Shown here: piece by piece, positions 1 to 8,110 of the stretch
Numbering within the stretch: the stretch's first letter is position 1
Layout: every line of letters starts with the position of its first letter
Assembly (NCBI GenBank): GCA_012841405.1
Contig: DUUT01000197.1
Span: forward strand, 6,400 to 70,399
DNA from: Chloroflexota bacterium
GTDB lineage: Bacteria; Chloroflexota; Anaerolineae; UBA1429
Length of the DNA: 64,000 nucleotides
Direction of reading: 5' to 3'
Position numbers and translations under genes: made by a program
Notes under the pieces: generated by a model
Databases searched by the model: none
What the model was told of the DNA's origin: nothing
Seen by the model: the letters and a program-made list of their open reading frames with translations, nothing else

Positions 1-2
1 TC

Positions 3-725
3 TGGGCTGATGGAGGCGCGAGGAGTGGCCAGACGCTGGAAGCGTTCACAGCCGGTTTTGCCGATACGGTGGAGGTCACTGTGCTTCTGGGCCGAGTCGA
101 CGAGCGCGACGACGGGTCCGTGACGGTGCCCGTTACCCTCATGGCGGTGGCCAACGTTCCAGGCTCGCCGACGCGACCACAGCGTTTGCAGCTCTATCGG
201 GGGACGTACACTCTGCGTGCCATCGGCGGAACGTGGCGCATCGCCGGTGCACGGATCGTCGAGGTATCGCCCCACACGGCACTACCGAGGGAGGTGTCGA
301 ATCCCCTGGCGCTTCTGCGGGGCTACTTTGAGGCCATCAATAGCGGCGAGCTGGGACGCGCCTACACATCGTGGGGCCGCATAGGGGAGGCGAGCGTTCA
401 GAGCTTTGCAGCATTCCGCGCCGGTTTTGAGGTCACCAAGGGGGTCGAGGTGTACTACGGAGAGCCCGAGGAGGGCGCCGCGGCGGGGTCAGTCTATGCT
501 CGTGTGCCCGTGGTCATCATGGCTGATGAACCTGGCGGGATGCGGCGTGCGTTCTGCGGGAGCTATACGCTTCGTCGTGCCAACGTACCCCCGTTCGATC
601 GCTTTGGCTGGCGCATCGATCGTGCCGACATCGTCGAGGTTGATCCTGTGCCAGTCGATCGCGAGGCGCTGGAACGTTTGCTGGGCGGGGGGTGTGGCGC
701 ACAAGCCCGCGCGCTCGAAAGGTGA
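3..725 (+). CDS. hypothetical protein, 5' end probably off-window
   Basis: Frame stays open from the window edge to TGA 723-725 (track ORF 69..725). Composition is protein-like; no family recognised. Confidence 0.45.
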   Translation, partial: WADGGARSGQTLEAFTAGFADTVEVTVLLGRVDERDDGSVTVPVTLMAVANVPGSPTRPQRLQLYRGTYTLRAIGGTWRIAGARIVEVSPHTALPREVSNPLALLRGYFEAINSGELGRAYTSWGRIGEASVQSFAAFRAGFEVTKGVEVYYGEPEEGAAAGSVYARVPVVIMADEPGGMRRAFCGSYTLRRANVPPFDRFGWRIDRADIVEVDPVPVDREALERLLGGGCGAQARALER

Positions 726-755
726 CGTCGCGCCGACGCCGCTTGGTGCTCCAAG

Positions 756-788
756 AGATCCCCCTGGCATGGGCTCGCAGGGGGATCT
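756..788 (+). terminator. 11-bp perfect stem-loop downstream of the first CDS (no U tract)
   Basis: AGATCCCCCTG (756-766) pairs with CAGGGGGATCT (778-788). Confidence 0.35.
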
Positions 789-875
789 GTCGCCTACACT
801 CCTGGCTGGGGTTTGCGGCGAGCACTTTCGCTGTGGAAGGTCACTCAAGCTGGGTGCATAGTGGCCCCTGGGCGG

Positions 876-904
876 TTGCGACGACTCGACGACTCAGCTA
901 TACT
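876..904 (+). promoter_or_regulatory. sigma70-like promoter
   Basis: TTGCGA (876-881), 17-nt spacer, TATACT (899-904). About 230 nt upstream of the 1135 start. Confidence 0.45.
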
Positions 905-1134
905 GGACATGGTACGTGGGAGCTCCGCCTGGCACATCCCCTCTGACAACCTCTTAACCCTTCATCTGTAGTGCGTTCCATCCACTCGGGTTCGCTATGT
1001 GCGCCGCGTTGACCGCAACCGAGCCACGGCGGGGGGCGTGGCGTTCGCGGCTGCGTTGCGTGGTCGTCCAGAACAGGTGAAGCGAATGGCGCAATGGTGT
1101 GAGCCTATGCCGTTCGCGTCCTGCGGGAGGTGCG

Positions 1135-1428
1135 ATGGCAGAACGGAAGCAGGTGTTCCGCTATGCGTTGGTGGAGGGCGCGCCCGTATCAGCCGGTGAG
1201 ACGCGGGTGACGCCACAGGCACGGGTGCTGGAGGTACACTGGCCAAGCGGCGGCCTCGTCTGGAATCGGCCGGTGGCGGTGATCGTAGAGCGGAACGGGC
1301 AGATGGTGCGAAGGCCGATCGTTGACGCCACGAGGCTGGTACAGGCTATGCTGGGTGCGTTGGCGATGGTTTTCTCGATGGCGGCTGCTGCGCGTGTGGC
1401 AGGCAGCATGAGGAGGCGCCATGAGTGA
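1135..1428 (+). CDS. small hypothetical protein with hydrophobic C-terminal segment
   Basis: ATG 1135 preceded by GGGAGG. 8-nt overlap with the downstream YtfJ-like gene suggests a two-gene cassette. Confidence 0.5.
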   Translation: MAERKQVFRYALVEGAPVSAGETRVTPQARVLEVHWPSGGLVWNRPVAVIVERNGQMVRRPIVDATRLVQAMLGALAMVFSMAAAARVAGSMRRRHE

Positions 1429-1879
1429 GGCAATGGGGCGCGTGACCGAGTCCGCTGAGCGGACGCACGAGCGTGTGGTTGGGCTGGTGGAGCGTCTCAC
1501 CGAGGTGACGCGACCGGGGGCAGTCTTTGGCGAGCCGATGAGCGCCGGCGAGAACACGGTGGTGACAGCATCCGAAGTGTTCCTGGCCATGGGGTATGGG
1601 TTTGGCATCGGCGGTGGCGCCGGAATGCAGGGAATGCACAAGGAGGGTGACGAAGGCGCCGGAGAGGCCGCGGTACACGGTGGCGAGATGCCGAGCGGGT
1701 ATGGTGGTGGCGGGGGAGGCGGCGGAACATCCAAGGGGCGGCCGGTGGCCGTCATTACCATCAACCCGGCGGGCGTGCGCATCGAACCGGTGCTCGATCT
1801 GACCAAGATTGGACTGGCGTTCCTGATGGTACTGGGGAGCCTGTTCCTGACGATGGGCAAGATGCGCCGCGGGATGTAG
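1421..1879 (+). CDS. YtfJ/GerW-family (Spore_YtfJ) protein
   Basis: GEPMSAGENTVVTASEV...GYGFGIGGGAG, a poly-Gly tract, then RPVAVITINPAGVRIEPV. This layout is typical of GerW/YtfJ. Confidence 0.7.
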   Translation: MSEAMGRVTESAERTHERVVGLVERLTEVTRPGAVFGEPMSAGENTVVTASEVFLAMGYGFGIGGGAGMQGMHKEGDEGAGEAAVHGGEMPSGYGGGGGGGGTSKGRPVAVITINPAGVRIEPVLDLTKIGLAFLMVLGSLFLTMGKMRRGM

Positions 1880-1906
1880 CGAACGCGTGGCGAGGCATGG
1901 CGCTTC

Positions 1907-1935
1907 GAGAACCCTGCCCTGGCGGCAGGGGTCTC
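1907..1935. terminator. hairpin between convergent genes
   Basis: GAGAACCCTGCC, 5-nt loop, GGCAGGGGTCTC (12 bp, one mismatch). Confidence 0.45.
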
Positions 1936-1969
1936 GACATAAGGGGGCGCCGGCGAAGCGTAGCGATCG

Positions 1970-2287
1970 TTAGCGCTGCCGCTCGTCCGCGCCGGGGTCG
2001 CGCACACCCAAGAGCTCGCGCAGGCGGCGCATGACCATGATGGCGTCCTCCGAGTAGCCTCTGCCCACGATACGCCTGCCAAGCTCGACGATATCGGGGT
2101 CCTCATCGCTGCGTAGAATGGTCTCCTTGTCGGGCAGATTGATGCTGTGTTCTGCGCGCAGATGATCGCGTATCTCATCGACGACGTCGCCCGCCGTCTT
2201 GCCGCAAAAGGTGCGCGTGCATCCTGCGATGCCGAGGGCGTCACAAGAGATCCTGTACTCCTCTGGAGTCTGGCGATCCATCGGCAT
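1970..2287 (-). CDS. DUF1059-like small metal-binding protein with C-terminal extension
   Basis: N-terminus YRISCDALGIAGCTRTFCGKTAGDVVDEIRDHLRAEH resembles DUF1059. Confidence 0.55.
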   Translation of the reverse strand: MPMDRQTPEEYRISCDALGIAGCTRTFCGKTAGDVVDEIRDHLRAEHSINLPDKETILRSDEDPDIVELGRRIVGRGYSEDAIMVMRRLRELLGVRDPGADERQR

Positions 2288-2332
2288 GACTCCGTTTCAC
2301 CTGATACTGCGCCAAAGCAGTGACCGACACGG

Positions 2333-2494
2333 CTAGGTGAGGCGCCGGCCAAAGATCAGCGCCAACACAAAGAGCACCAAAAAGATCCAGAACAACACCT
2401 GAGCGATCTCGGCAAAGGCGCTGATGATGCCGCCAAAGCCAATGATCGCTAGGATGATGGCGATAACGAGTAGGACGATGGCCCACCTGAGCAT
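2333..2494 (-). CDS. UPF0391/DUF1328 small membrane protein
   Basis: [52 protein letters not shown] at 2494. Confidence 0.7.
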   Translation of the reverse strand: MLRWAIVLLVIAIILAIIGFGGIISAFAEIAQVLFWIFLVLFVLALIFGRRLT

Positions 2495-2577
2495 CTGAGG
2501 GACCTCCTCTCGAACTGCGGGTCGCTCAAGCCGGGGAGCAGACTCGGGGGAATGAGGGGGCGGTGGGGGCAGCGGGC

Positions 2578-3177
2578 TCAACGGCGGTACCGTTCCTCCT
2601 GCCATGGGTCACCCCGGTCGTGATAGCCACGGGATTCCCAAAACCCGGGACGACTCTCGGCTACACAATCGATTCCCTCGATCCACTTGCAGCTCTTCCA
2701 GGCGTAGAGGCGCGGTACGACGAGCCGCACCGGTCCACCGTGCTCGGCGGTCAGGGGGCGGCCATCATGGTGCGTCGCCAGGAGCACATCCTCGGCGAGC
2801 AGATCGGTGAGGGAGAGGTTCGTGGCGAATCCGTGGGCTCCATGAATGACCACGTGGCGCGCCTCGGGAAGCACCTCTACGAGGTCCATGATGGTGCGCG
2901 TGCTGACGCCCTCCCAGAGGTTGTCCAGCCGCGACCATCCGGTAACGCAGTGGAAATCCGAGAGCACGGTGACCCGCGGCAAGGCCCAGAACTCGTCCGC
3001 CGTGATCGTGCGCTGGGTGCGCACCAAGCCGCCGAAGGTTAGCGTCCAGGTGGAAGGATCGATGCGCGGGACGCCACCGATATGGAGCACCGGCCAGTGG
3101 ATCGTCTGCCTCTGCCCCGGCGGAATGCGAACGGGCCGCAACGTGTCCGGGCTGTGAATGACTCCCTCGCCAAGCAC
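2578..3177 (-). CDS. molybdopterin-binding oxidoreductase (sulfite-oxidase fold, YedY/MsrP-like domain)
   Basis: [20 protein letters not shown] and [20 protein letters not shown] motifs. GTG 3177 follows AGGAGG. The longer track ORF to 3450 runs through a repeat element. Confidence 0.7.
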   Translation of the reverse strand: MLGEGVIHSPDTLRPVRIPPGQRQTIHWPVLHIGGVPRIDPSTWTLTFGGLVRTQRTITADEFWALPRVTVLSDFHCVTGWSRLDNLWEGVSTRTIMDLVEVLPEARHVVIHGAHGFATNLSLTDLLAEDVLLATHHDGRPLTAEHGGPVRLVVPRLYAWKSCKWIEGIDCVAESRPGFWESRGYHDRGDPWQEERYRR

Positions 3178-3203
3178 CGCCACCTCCTGCACACCGGGGC
3201 CTA

Positions 3204-3439
3204 GGGCGTGCCTGAAGAACGCACCTACCTGCGCAGAAACGATGTCGTCCCGAGCGTCAGCAAGAGGTCCCGACGCACGCCTACAAGGTTCCGTGCTGCT
3301 CTGCAAGCGCGCCGCGAGCTCAAGCTTGACCCCAGCCGCCTTGGCCGTGCGCCAGCGCCCGCAGTCTGTATGCGCCGCAGAGTACGCCATGAGCATGATG
3401 ACTCGGAGCGACGCTGTGGCCCTGTCGCCAAACACGACC
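3204..3439 (-). mobile_element. MITE-like repeat, long/hybrid copy
   Basis: One end is ...CAGGCACGCCC followed by TAG, and the other is GGTCGTGTTTGGCGACAGGGCCACAGC. Internal blocks are shared with the copies at 24273 and 24406. Confidence 0.5.
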
Positions 3440-3455
3440 TCGACCAACAACTCCC

Positions 3456-3484
3456 AGTATACAACATTGTAGAGTCGGTTACAA
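3456..3484 (-). promoter_or_regulatory. sigma70-like promoter reading into the repeat and the Mo-oxidoreductase gene
   Basis: Minus strand TTGTAA (3484-3479), 17-nt spacer, TATACT (3461-3456), in a locally AT-rich patch. Confidence 0.5.
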
Positions 3485-3526
3485 CGGATTTATCGGCGCC
3501 ATGCGGAGCGGGGCATGGAGATGGCG

Positions 3527-4084
3527 TCAGGCAGAGGGCGCATACCAATAGCGCTTGACGCGGACAGCGCCACGCGCAGAGAAGGTGATGCCCTCCATCT
3601 CGAGGAGGGCGCGCTTCATGGGGAGACCGCCACGAAAGCCGCCCAGGGTGCCGTCGGCGTGAACGGCGCGATGGCAGGGGATGACGACTGGGAAGGGGTT
3701 GCTGCCAAGCGCAGTGCCCACCGCGCGGGCGGCGCGTGGGGCACCGATCTGCGCGGCGAGAAGGCCATAGGTGGTGACCTCGCCACGCGGAATGGCAAAC
3801 TCGGCGCACAGCACGCGCTGCTGGAACGGTGTGCAGGTGCTCAGGTCGAGCGGCTCCAGGTCAAATGTAACGGGGTGCCCTGCGAGGTAGCGCTCGAGAC
3901 GGTGGAGCAGATCGGCCACAGGCTCGGGAGGATCTGCCGGATCCCCAGGCATCGCGGCGGCCTCGTGTGGAAGCCTGTCGGTGGGCAGGTAGATGCGGCG
4001 CACAGGCGCACGCTCGCCCACAGTGGTTGCCCACGAGACGGTGAGGGTGCCGAATTGGAATGGGATCGAGCTGTATGCGAGCAT
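3527..4084 (-). CDS. ogt: methylated-DNA--protein-cysteine methyltransferase
   Basis: Active-site IPCHRAV followed by GTLGGFRGG. ATG 4084 preceded by AGGAG. Confidence 0.8.
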   Translation of the reverse strand: MLAYSSIPFQFGTLTVSWATTVGERAPVRRIYLPTDRLPHEAAAMPGDPADPPEPVADLLHRLERYLAGHPVTFDLEPLDLSTCTPFQQRVLCAEFAIPRGEVTTYGLLAAQIGAPRAARAVGTALGSNPFPVVIPCHRAVHADGTLGGFRGGLPMKRALLEMEGITFSARGAVRVKRYWYAPSA

Positions 4085-4219
4085 GGATTCGTGCTCCTGA
4101 TGCATGGGCAAGAGCGGATGGATCTCGCTAGGGGTGGGGCGTTGCTGCCAGCAACCCATAATCCACCATGATGGAGTATAGCACGCATGGGACGCCATGC
4201 CCAAGCGGGTGGGGCAGCG

Positions 4220-4919
4220 TCAGGGGAGCTGCACGTCGAGGACGCCCTCGCTCCAGTCGGGTGTCTCGGCGAGTAGTCGTCCATCGGGGCCAAAGAGGTA
4301 TCCGCCCCCCGGAAAGTCCTCATCGCGCGTACGGCCGGCCTGTGTCGCGATAGCTATGGGGATGCCGAGCTCGGCGGCATAGGACCCAGGGCCTTTTAGG
4401 CATTCGCCGCGCCACCAATCAAAGCCGGAGCGCCAGTTGCGCGTGGCCTGCTCGCCGTACAGCCCAGGGGCGGCCGCCACGAGGACGGCCCGAGCGCCAC
4501 GGCGGGCGTATTCGGCAAAGACCTCACGATGGCCCACGTCGGCACAGATGGCGACGCCAAAGACGAGGCCGGCGTGGGCAAAGAGCGGAAAGGCGTCTCC
4601 TGGCGTGAACCAGGCGATTTCCTCGTCCTCGATGCTCACCTTGCGGTACGCCCCGAGCAACGCTCCCCGGGCGGCGACGATCTGGGTGATGTAGGGCTTG
4701 GCGACTCCGCTGACGCCCGACTCTTCGATGAGGCCGGCCACCAGGGCCGCATCATGACCACGGGTGAGGGCGACGACAGCGGCCACCTCGGGCCCGTTGA
4801 GGGCCAGAACCGCCTCCGGGCAGTGCTGCGGCACGGTACGCGTGGCGCATGGCGGCCATGTTGTCATTGATGGCGCCCTTTTCGCAGCGCATCTGCACGA
4901 GGCTTACGGTGATGGGCAT
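4220..4919 (-). pseudogene. carbon-nitrogen hydrolase (nitrilase superfamily), frameshifted near 4830
   Basis: The N-terminal strand MPITVSLVQMRCEKG is in the frame of ORF 4752..4976. The rest (HCPE, AYRKVSI, VAICADV = Glu/Lys/Cys triad) is in the frame of ORF 4220..4867. Confidence 0.65.
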
Positions 4920-4997
4920 AACGCCTTTGTCCTTGGTGGTACGGGTTGGTGACAGCGACGGACACGCCATGCGCAAGGCGCGCTGTGCCAGAGCCCA

Positions 4998-6110
4998 TCA
5001 GCGGCGGTGGCCTGGAAGGGACGCGGAAGCGCCCTGTGCGAGGCCGCGACGCAGCGCGTTGCGGCGGGCTGCTGGTAGCTTGGAGGCCGCCGCCTCCATG
5101 AGGATAAAGAAAGCTTGACCCTCGGGAGCGGTGCCGGGCCGATCAAAGTGCGGCGCCCCGCAGACGCCACGCACCAGCCCGTAGCGATCCACCTGGCCTC
5201 GAGCGGCGTCGCGCATCCGATCGGCGGGACCGAGGTAGGGCTCGGGTAACCACCCCGCGTCGACGGCACGATAGATCGCGTAGGCTAGCATCTGCGAGAG
5301 GTTGGTCTCGACAAAGGTGCTGGGATCATCCACGATGTCGTGAAAGAGGCCGTCGGGGCGCATGTGGGCGAGGCACCCGTCGATGCCCTCACGGAGGTAG
5401 CCGATGAGGCGCTGGCGCTCGGCAACCATCGCCTCGGGCAGGGCGGCGATGACGCGTACCAGTCCGGCGGCTGCCCAGCCGTTGCCCACACCCCAGTGAT
5501 CTGGGCGGACCAAGCCGCCGCGCTCCTCGTCCCACATGTGGGCGTAGAGACGTGTCTTGGGGTCCCAGAGGAGACGGCGAAAGCCCTCCACCTGGCGTAC
5601 GGCCTCATCGGGGCGTCCGGCCACGGCGAGGAAGGGCGGCGCCATGTAGAACGAATCGACCCACACCTGAGGCTTGGTCACCAGGTGATGCAGAATTCCA
5701 TCGCGGGTGCGAGGGGCCCGGCCCAGGAGCCAGTCGAGCTGGTGCTCCGCGGCCTCACGCAGGCGGCGGTCTCCGGTGAGGCGGGCTGCATGCAGCACGG
5801 GCTCGCCGTTGGCCGCGGGATCGGTGACGGTCTCAGCGCCGCCCACCACGCCGAGGCGACCATCGGGAAGCTGGCGAACGACGGCCTCGTAGCCCATCAC
5901 GATGACGATGTCATCGTCGCCTGCTTCGAGGAAAGCCTGGGCGGCCACTCCCTGCTCCCAGGGGTGGCGCTGCATGGCGAGCAACGCCTGTTTGACGCGC
6001 GAGACGAGGCGATCGACGGATGCGGGCACGGACGCTCTCCCTTTCTGTTGCTGAACGGCCTGACGAGGCGCAGGGCAGCAGTCGGCGGACGCTTGCCAAC
6101 TCGTCCTCAA
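4998..6110 (-). CDS. glycoside hydrolase family 88/105 (unsaturated glucuronyl/rhamnogalacturonyl hydrolase-like)
   Basis: HPWEQGVAAQAFLE, VWVDSFYMAPPFLA, YAHMWDEE, WGVGNGWAAAGL. The ATG overlaps the upstream stop (ATGA). Confidence 0.7.
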   Translation of the reverse strand: MRTSWQASADCCPAPRQAVQQQKGRASVPASVDRLVSRVKQALLAMQRHPWEQGVAAQAFLEAGDDDIVIVMGYEAVVRQLPDGRLGVVGGAETVTDPAANGEPVLHAARLTGDRRLREAAEHQLDWLLGRAPRTRDGILHHLVTKPQVWVDSFYMAPPFLAVAGRPDEAVRQVEGFRRLLWDPKTRLYAHMWDEERGGLVRPDHWGVGNGWAAAGLVRVIAALPEAMVAERQRLIGYLREGIDGCLAHMRPDGLFHDIVDDPSTFVETNLSQMLAYAIYRAVDAGWLPEPYLGPADRMRDAARGQVDRYGLVRGVCGAPHFDRPGTAPEGQAFFILMEAAASKLPAARRNALRRGLAQGASASLPGHRR

Positions 6111-7852
6111 CCGGCGCCCTGGTCATGGCTCGCCGCCTCTTCACCCCTGGGCTCTGTTGCGCGGCGCGTGAGGGTTGCCGCCAGCTTGTCATAGCTGATG
6201 CCATAGTGCGACGCGATCTGTCGGGCATAGCTCGTGCCACGGGGAGGCCCCGGAGCAATGCGAAAGGTGGGACGAACGCCGTCCCCCTGGCCCTCGGGGA
6301 GGGGCTCGGCGCGGGCAACGATGCTGATTACCGGGCTGTCGCTCGGGACCTCGGCGTTGATGGCCTCGAGGTTGGCGGCCAGCTCGTGCAAGTGGGTGGC
6401 ATAGACGGCGCGAGCGCCCAAGAGGCGGAGCGCGCGGACGACGTCTCGCGCCAGGTAGAGACTCTCGCCGGGACTGGTGCTGGCGAGCGACTCATTGAGC
6501 AGCACGAGGCTTCGCCGGGTGGCGCGAGCAAAGATCGCCGCCAGCCGGCCGGCCTCCTCGCCCAGGCGACCCGCCTCGAGGTCGAGGCGTTCGGCGACGG
6601 GAAAGTGGGTGTAGATGCCATCGACCGGGCTGAGGGTGGCGGCGGTGGCAGGAACGGGCCAACCGGATTGGGCCATGACGTGCGCCAGCCCGATTGCCTG
6701 GGTATAGGTGGTCTTGCCGCCGCGGTTGGGGCCGGTGAGAATGGCGATGCGTCCCTGGCCGTCAAGGTCGGCGTCGTTGGCGACGATCTCTTGCGAACAC
6801 TCGGCGTGCCCAGGGGCGCCCTCCAGGCAACGAAGGGCGAGAAGCGGATTGTAGAGCCCTATGATGCGTGTGAGGCGTTCGTTGGCGGGCACGAGTTGCG
6901 GTTGACAGGTGGCAAAGCCCGCCGCCTGAAGGCGCTCCACCAGGCGGACGCCGTTCAGGTAGAAGGCCAACTCGGGCTCTAGGTCCGCCAGGAATCCCCC
7001 CTGGAGGCGGCTGTACTGCCCCAGCGCGTTGGCGATGGTGCGCGCGGTGGACGCCAGAATATCGTTCAGATCACGAAAGAGGGGGTGTAGCAGCGGTTGG
7101 GGCCGATCCGTCAGCCCGGGAACCCTGTCCGGTACGGTGTGCAGGGGCCCAATACCGCGCTCCGAGTCCTGACCTGCGTCACGACGGCCGAGGAGCCGGC
7201 CGAGTAGAGACTCGCCGGCGAACCGGTGCGCATTGACGCTGAGAATGGTTGCTGCCACGGGACGCAGCAGGTGGTCGAGGTTCACGCCGATGGTCACGCT
7301 ACCGATACGCTCGGCTTCGGCACGCAGGCGCGGGAGCTCTGCCATGAGGTGTGTGAACGTTGGTTCGGCGGCCAGCGTCCGGATATAGTCGCCGAGGGAG
7401 CGGAGGCCTCGCGAGCGCAGGGTCAAGTTGGGGTTGCCGAGCGCCTCGCCCAGGGCTGTGACGCAGTCGACGAGCAGCTCGAGCTGCCCGAGGCGCCAGA
7501 TCACCTGGTGGAGTGGCGTTTGATCGCGCCACTCGGGTGCGTTGAGACGGCCAAGGTCGACGAGGCGGGGCAGCAACGCCTGCAGGGCGGCGACGAGCGA
7601 GGGCGTTGCCAACAGGTCGGCAGCGATCTCTTGGCGGTAGGCAATCGTCTCGGCATCGAGAGGCGGGCTGGAAAGGATGTTGGTGATGGTGGACGCGTGC
7701 CGCCGGGGGACGCCGCGCACGAGATCGGCGATGCCCAGGTCTGTCAGGGCGGCAGCGTCAATGTGCGCGACGGGGCGTCCTGGCGCCTCGCCAGGCGCAA
7801 CTCCTGGCCACAGGAGGCTGATAGCGGGGGCGGTTGGAGGTGCGTTCGTCAC
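6107..7852 (-). CDS. MutS-related ATPase (MutS domain V, no Smr domain seen)
   Basis: GPNRGGKTTYTQAIG Walker A and LVLLNE Walker B-like motifs. GTG 7852 preceded by GAGAGGAG. The track ORF extends to 8038. Confidence 0.65.
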   Translation of the reverse strand: MTNAPPTAPAISLLWPGVAPGEAPGRPVAHIDAAALTDLGIADLVRGVPRRHASTITNILSSPPLDAETIAYRQEIAADLLATPSLVAALQALLPRLVDLGRLNAPEWRDQTPLHQVIWRLGQLELLVDCVTALGEALGNPNLTLRSRGLRSLGDYIRTLAAEPTFTHLMAELPRLRAEAERIGSVTIGVNLDHLLRPVAATILSVNAHRFAGESLLGRLLGRRDAGQDSERGIGPLHTVPDRVPGLTDRPQPLLHPLFRDLNDILASTARTIANALGQYSRLQGGFLADLEPELAFYLNGVRLVERLQAAGFATCQPQLVPANERLTRIIGLYNPLLALRCLEGAPGHAECSQEIVANDADLDGQGRIAILTGPNRGGKTTYTQAIGLAHVMAQSGWPVPATAATLSPVDGIYTHFPVAERLDLEAGRLGEEAGRLAAIFARATRRSLVLLNESLASTSPGESLYLARDVVRALRLLGARAVYATHLHELAANLEAINAEVPSDSPVISIVARAEPLPEGQGDGVRPTFRIAPGPPRGTSYARQIASHYGISYDKLAATLTRRATEPRGEEAASHDQGAG

Positions 7853-8110
7853 GGCTCGCTGATGCTCCTCTCTTTGTGCGGCCGATTCCCCGGAGAACGC
7901 GCGCCGATCATTCGGACTGTGGGCACGGCCTGCCCGTGCGCGACTATGGCGGCGTGGTAGGAGTGCGCCATGTCGTGCGTTGCCTCGCCCATATTCTACA
8001 CGTTGCCGGGCGAGTGGCACAAGGCGGGCCGCCACCATCGTGCGACGGGCGGCGAGGGGCGGCGGAACCCTCCGTCACGGTGTGGCGTCTGAGGATACGA
8101 GCATCTGACA

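Noticed and set aside
1189-2352. 387-aa minus-strand ORF spanning several real genes. Similar long ORFs occur at 17414..19147, 13717..14637, 30193..31377, 5340..6194, 6020..6982, 40393..41286, 45775..46968 and 45977..46912.
   Set aside because: These are typical high-GC shadow ORFs. They run antisense to or out of frame with genes that have clear family motifs, are rich in Arg, Pro, Ser and Ala, and lack recognisable domains.
3178-3450. N-terminal extension of the molybdopterin oxidoreductase ORF.
   Set aside because: The extension is a translation of the MITE-like repeat. A GTG preceded by AGGAGG at 3177 gives the expected domain-sized protein of about 200 aa.
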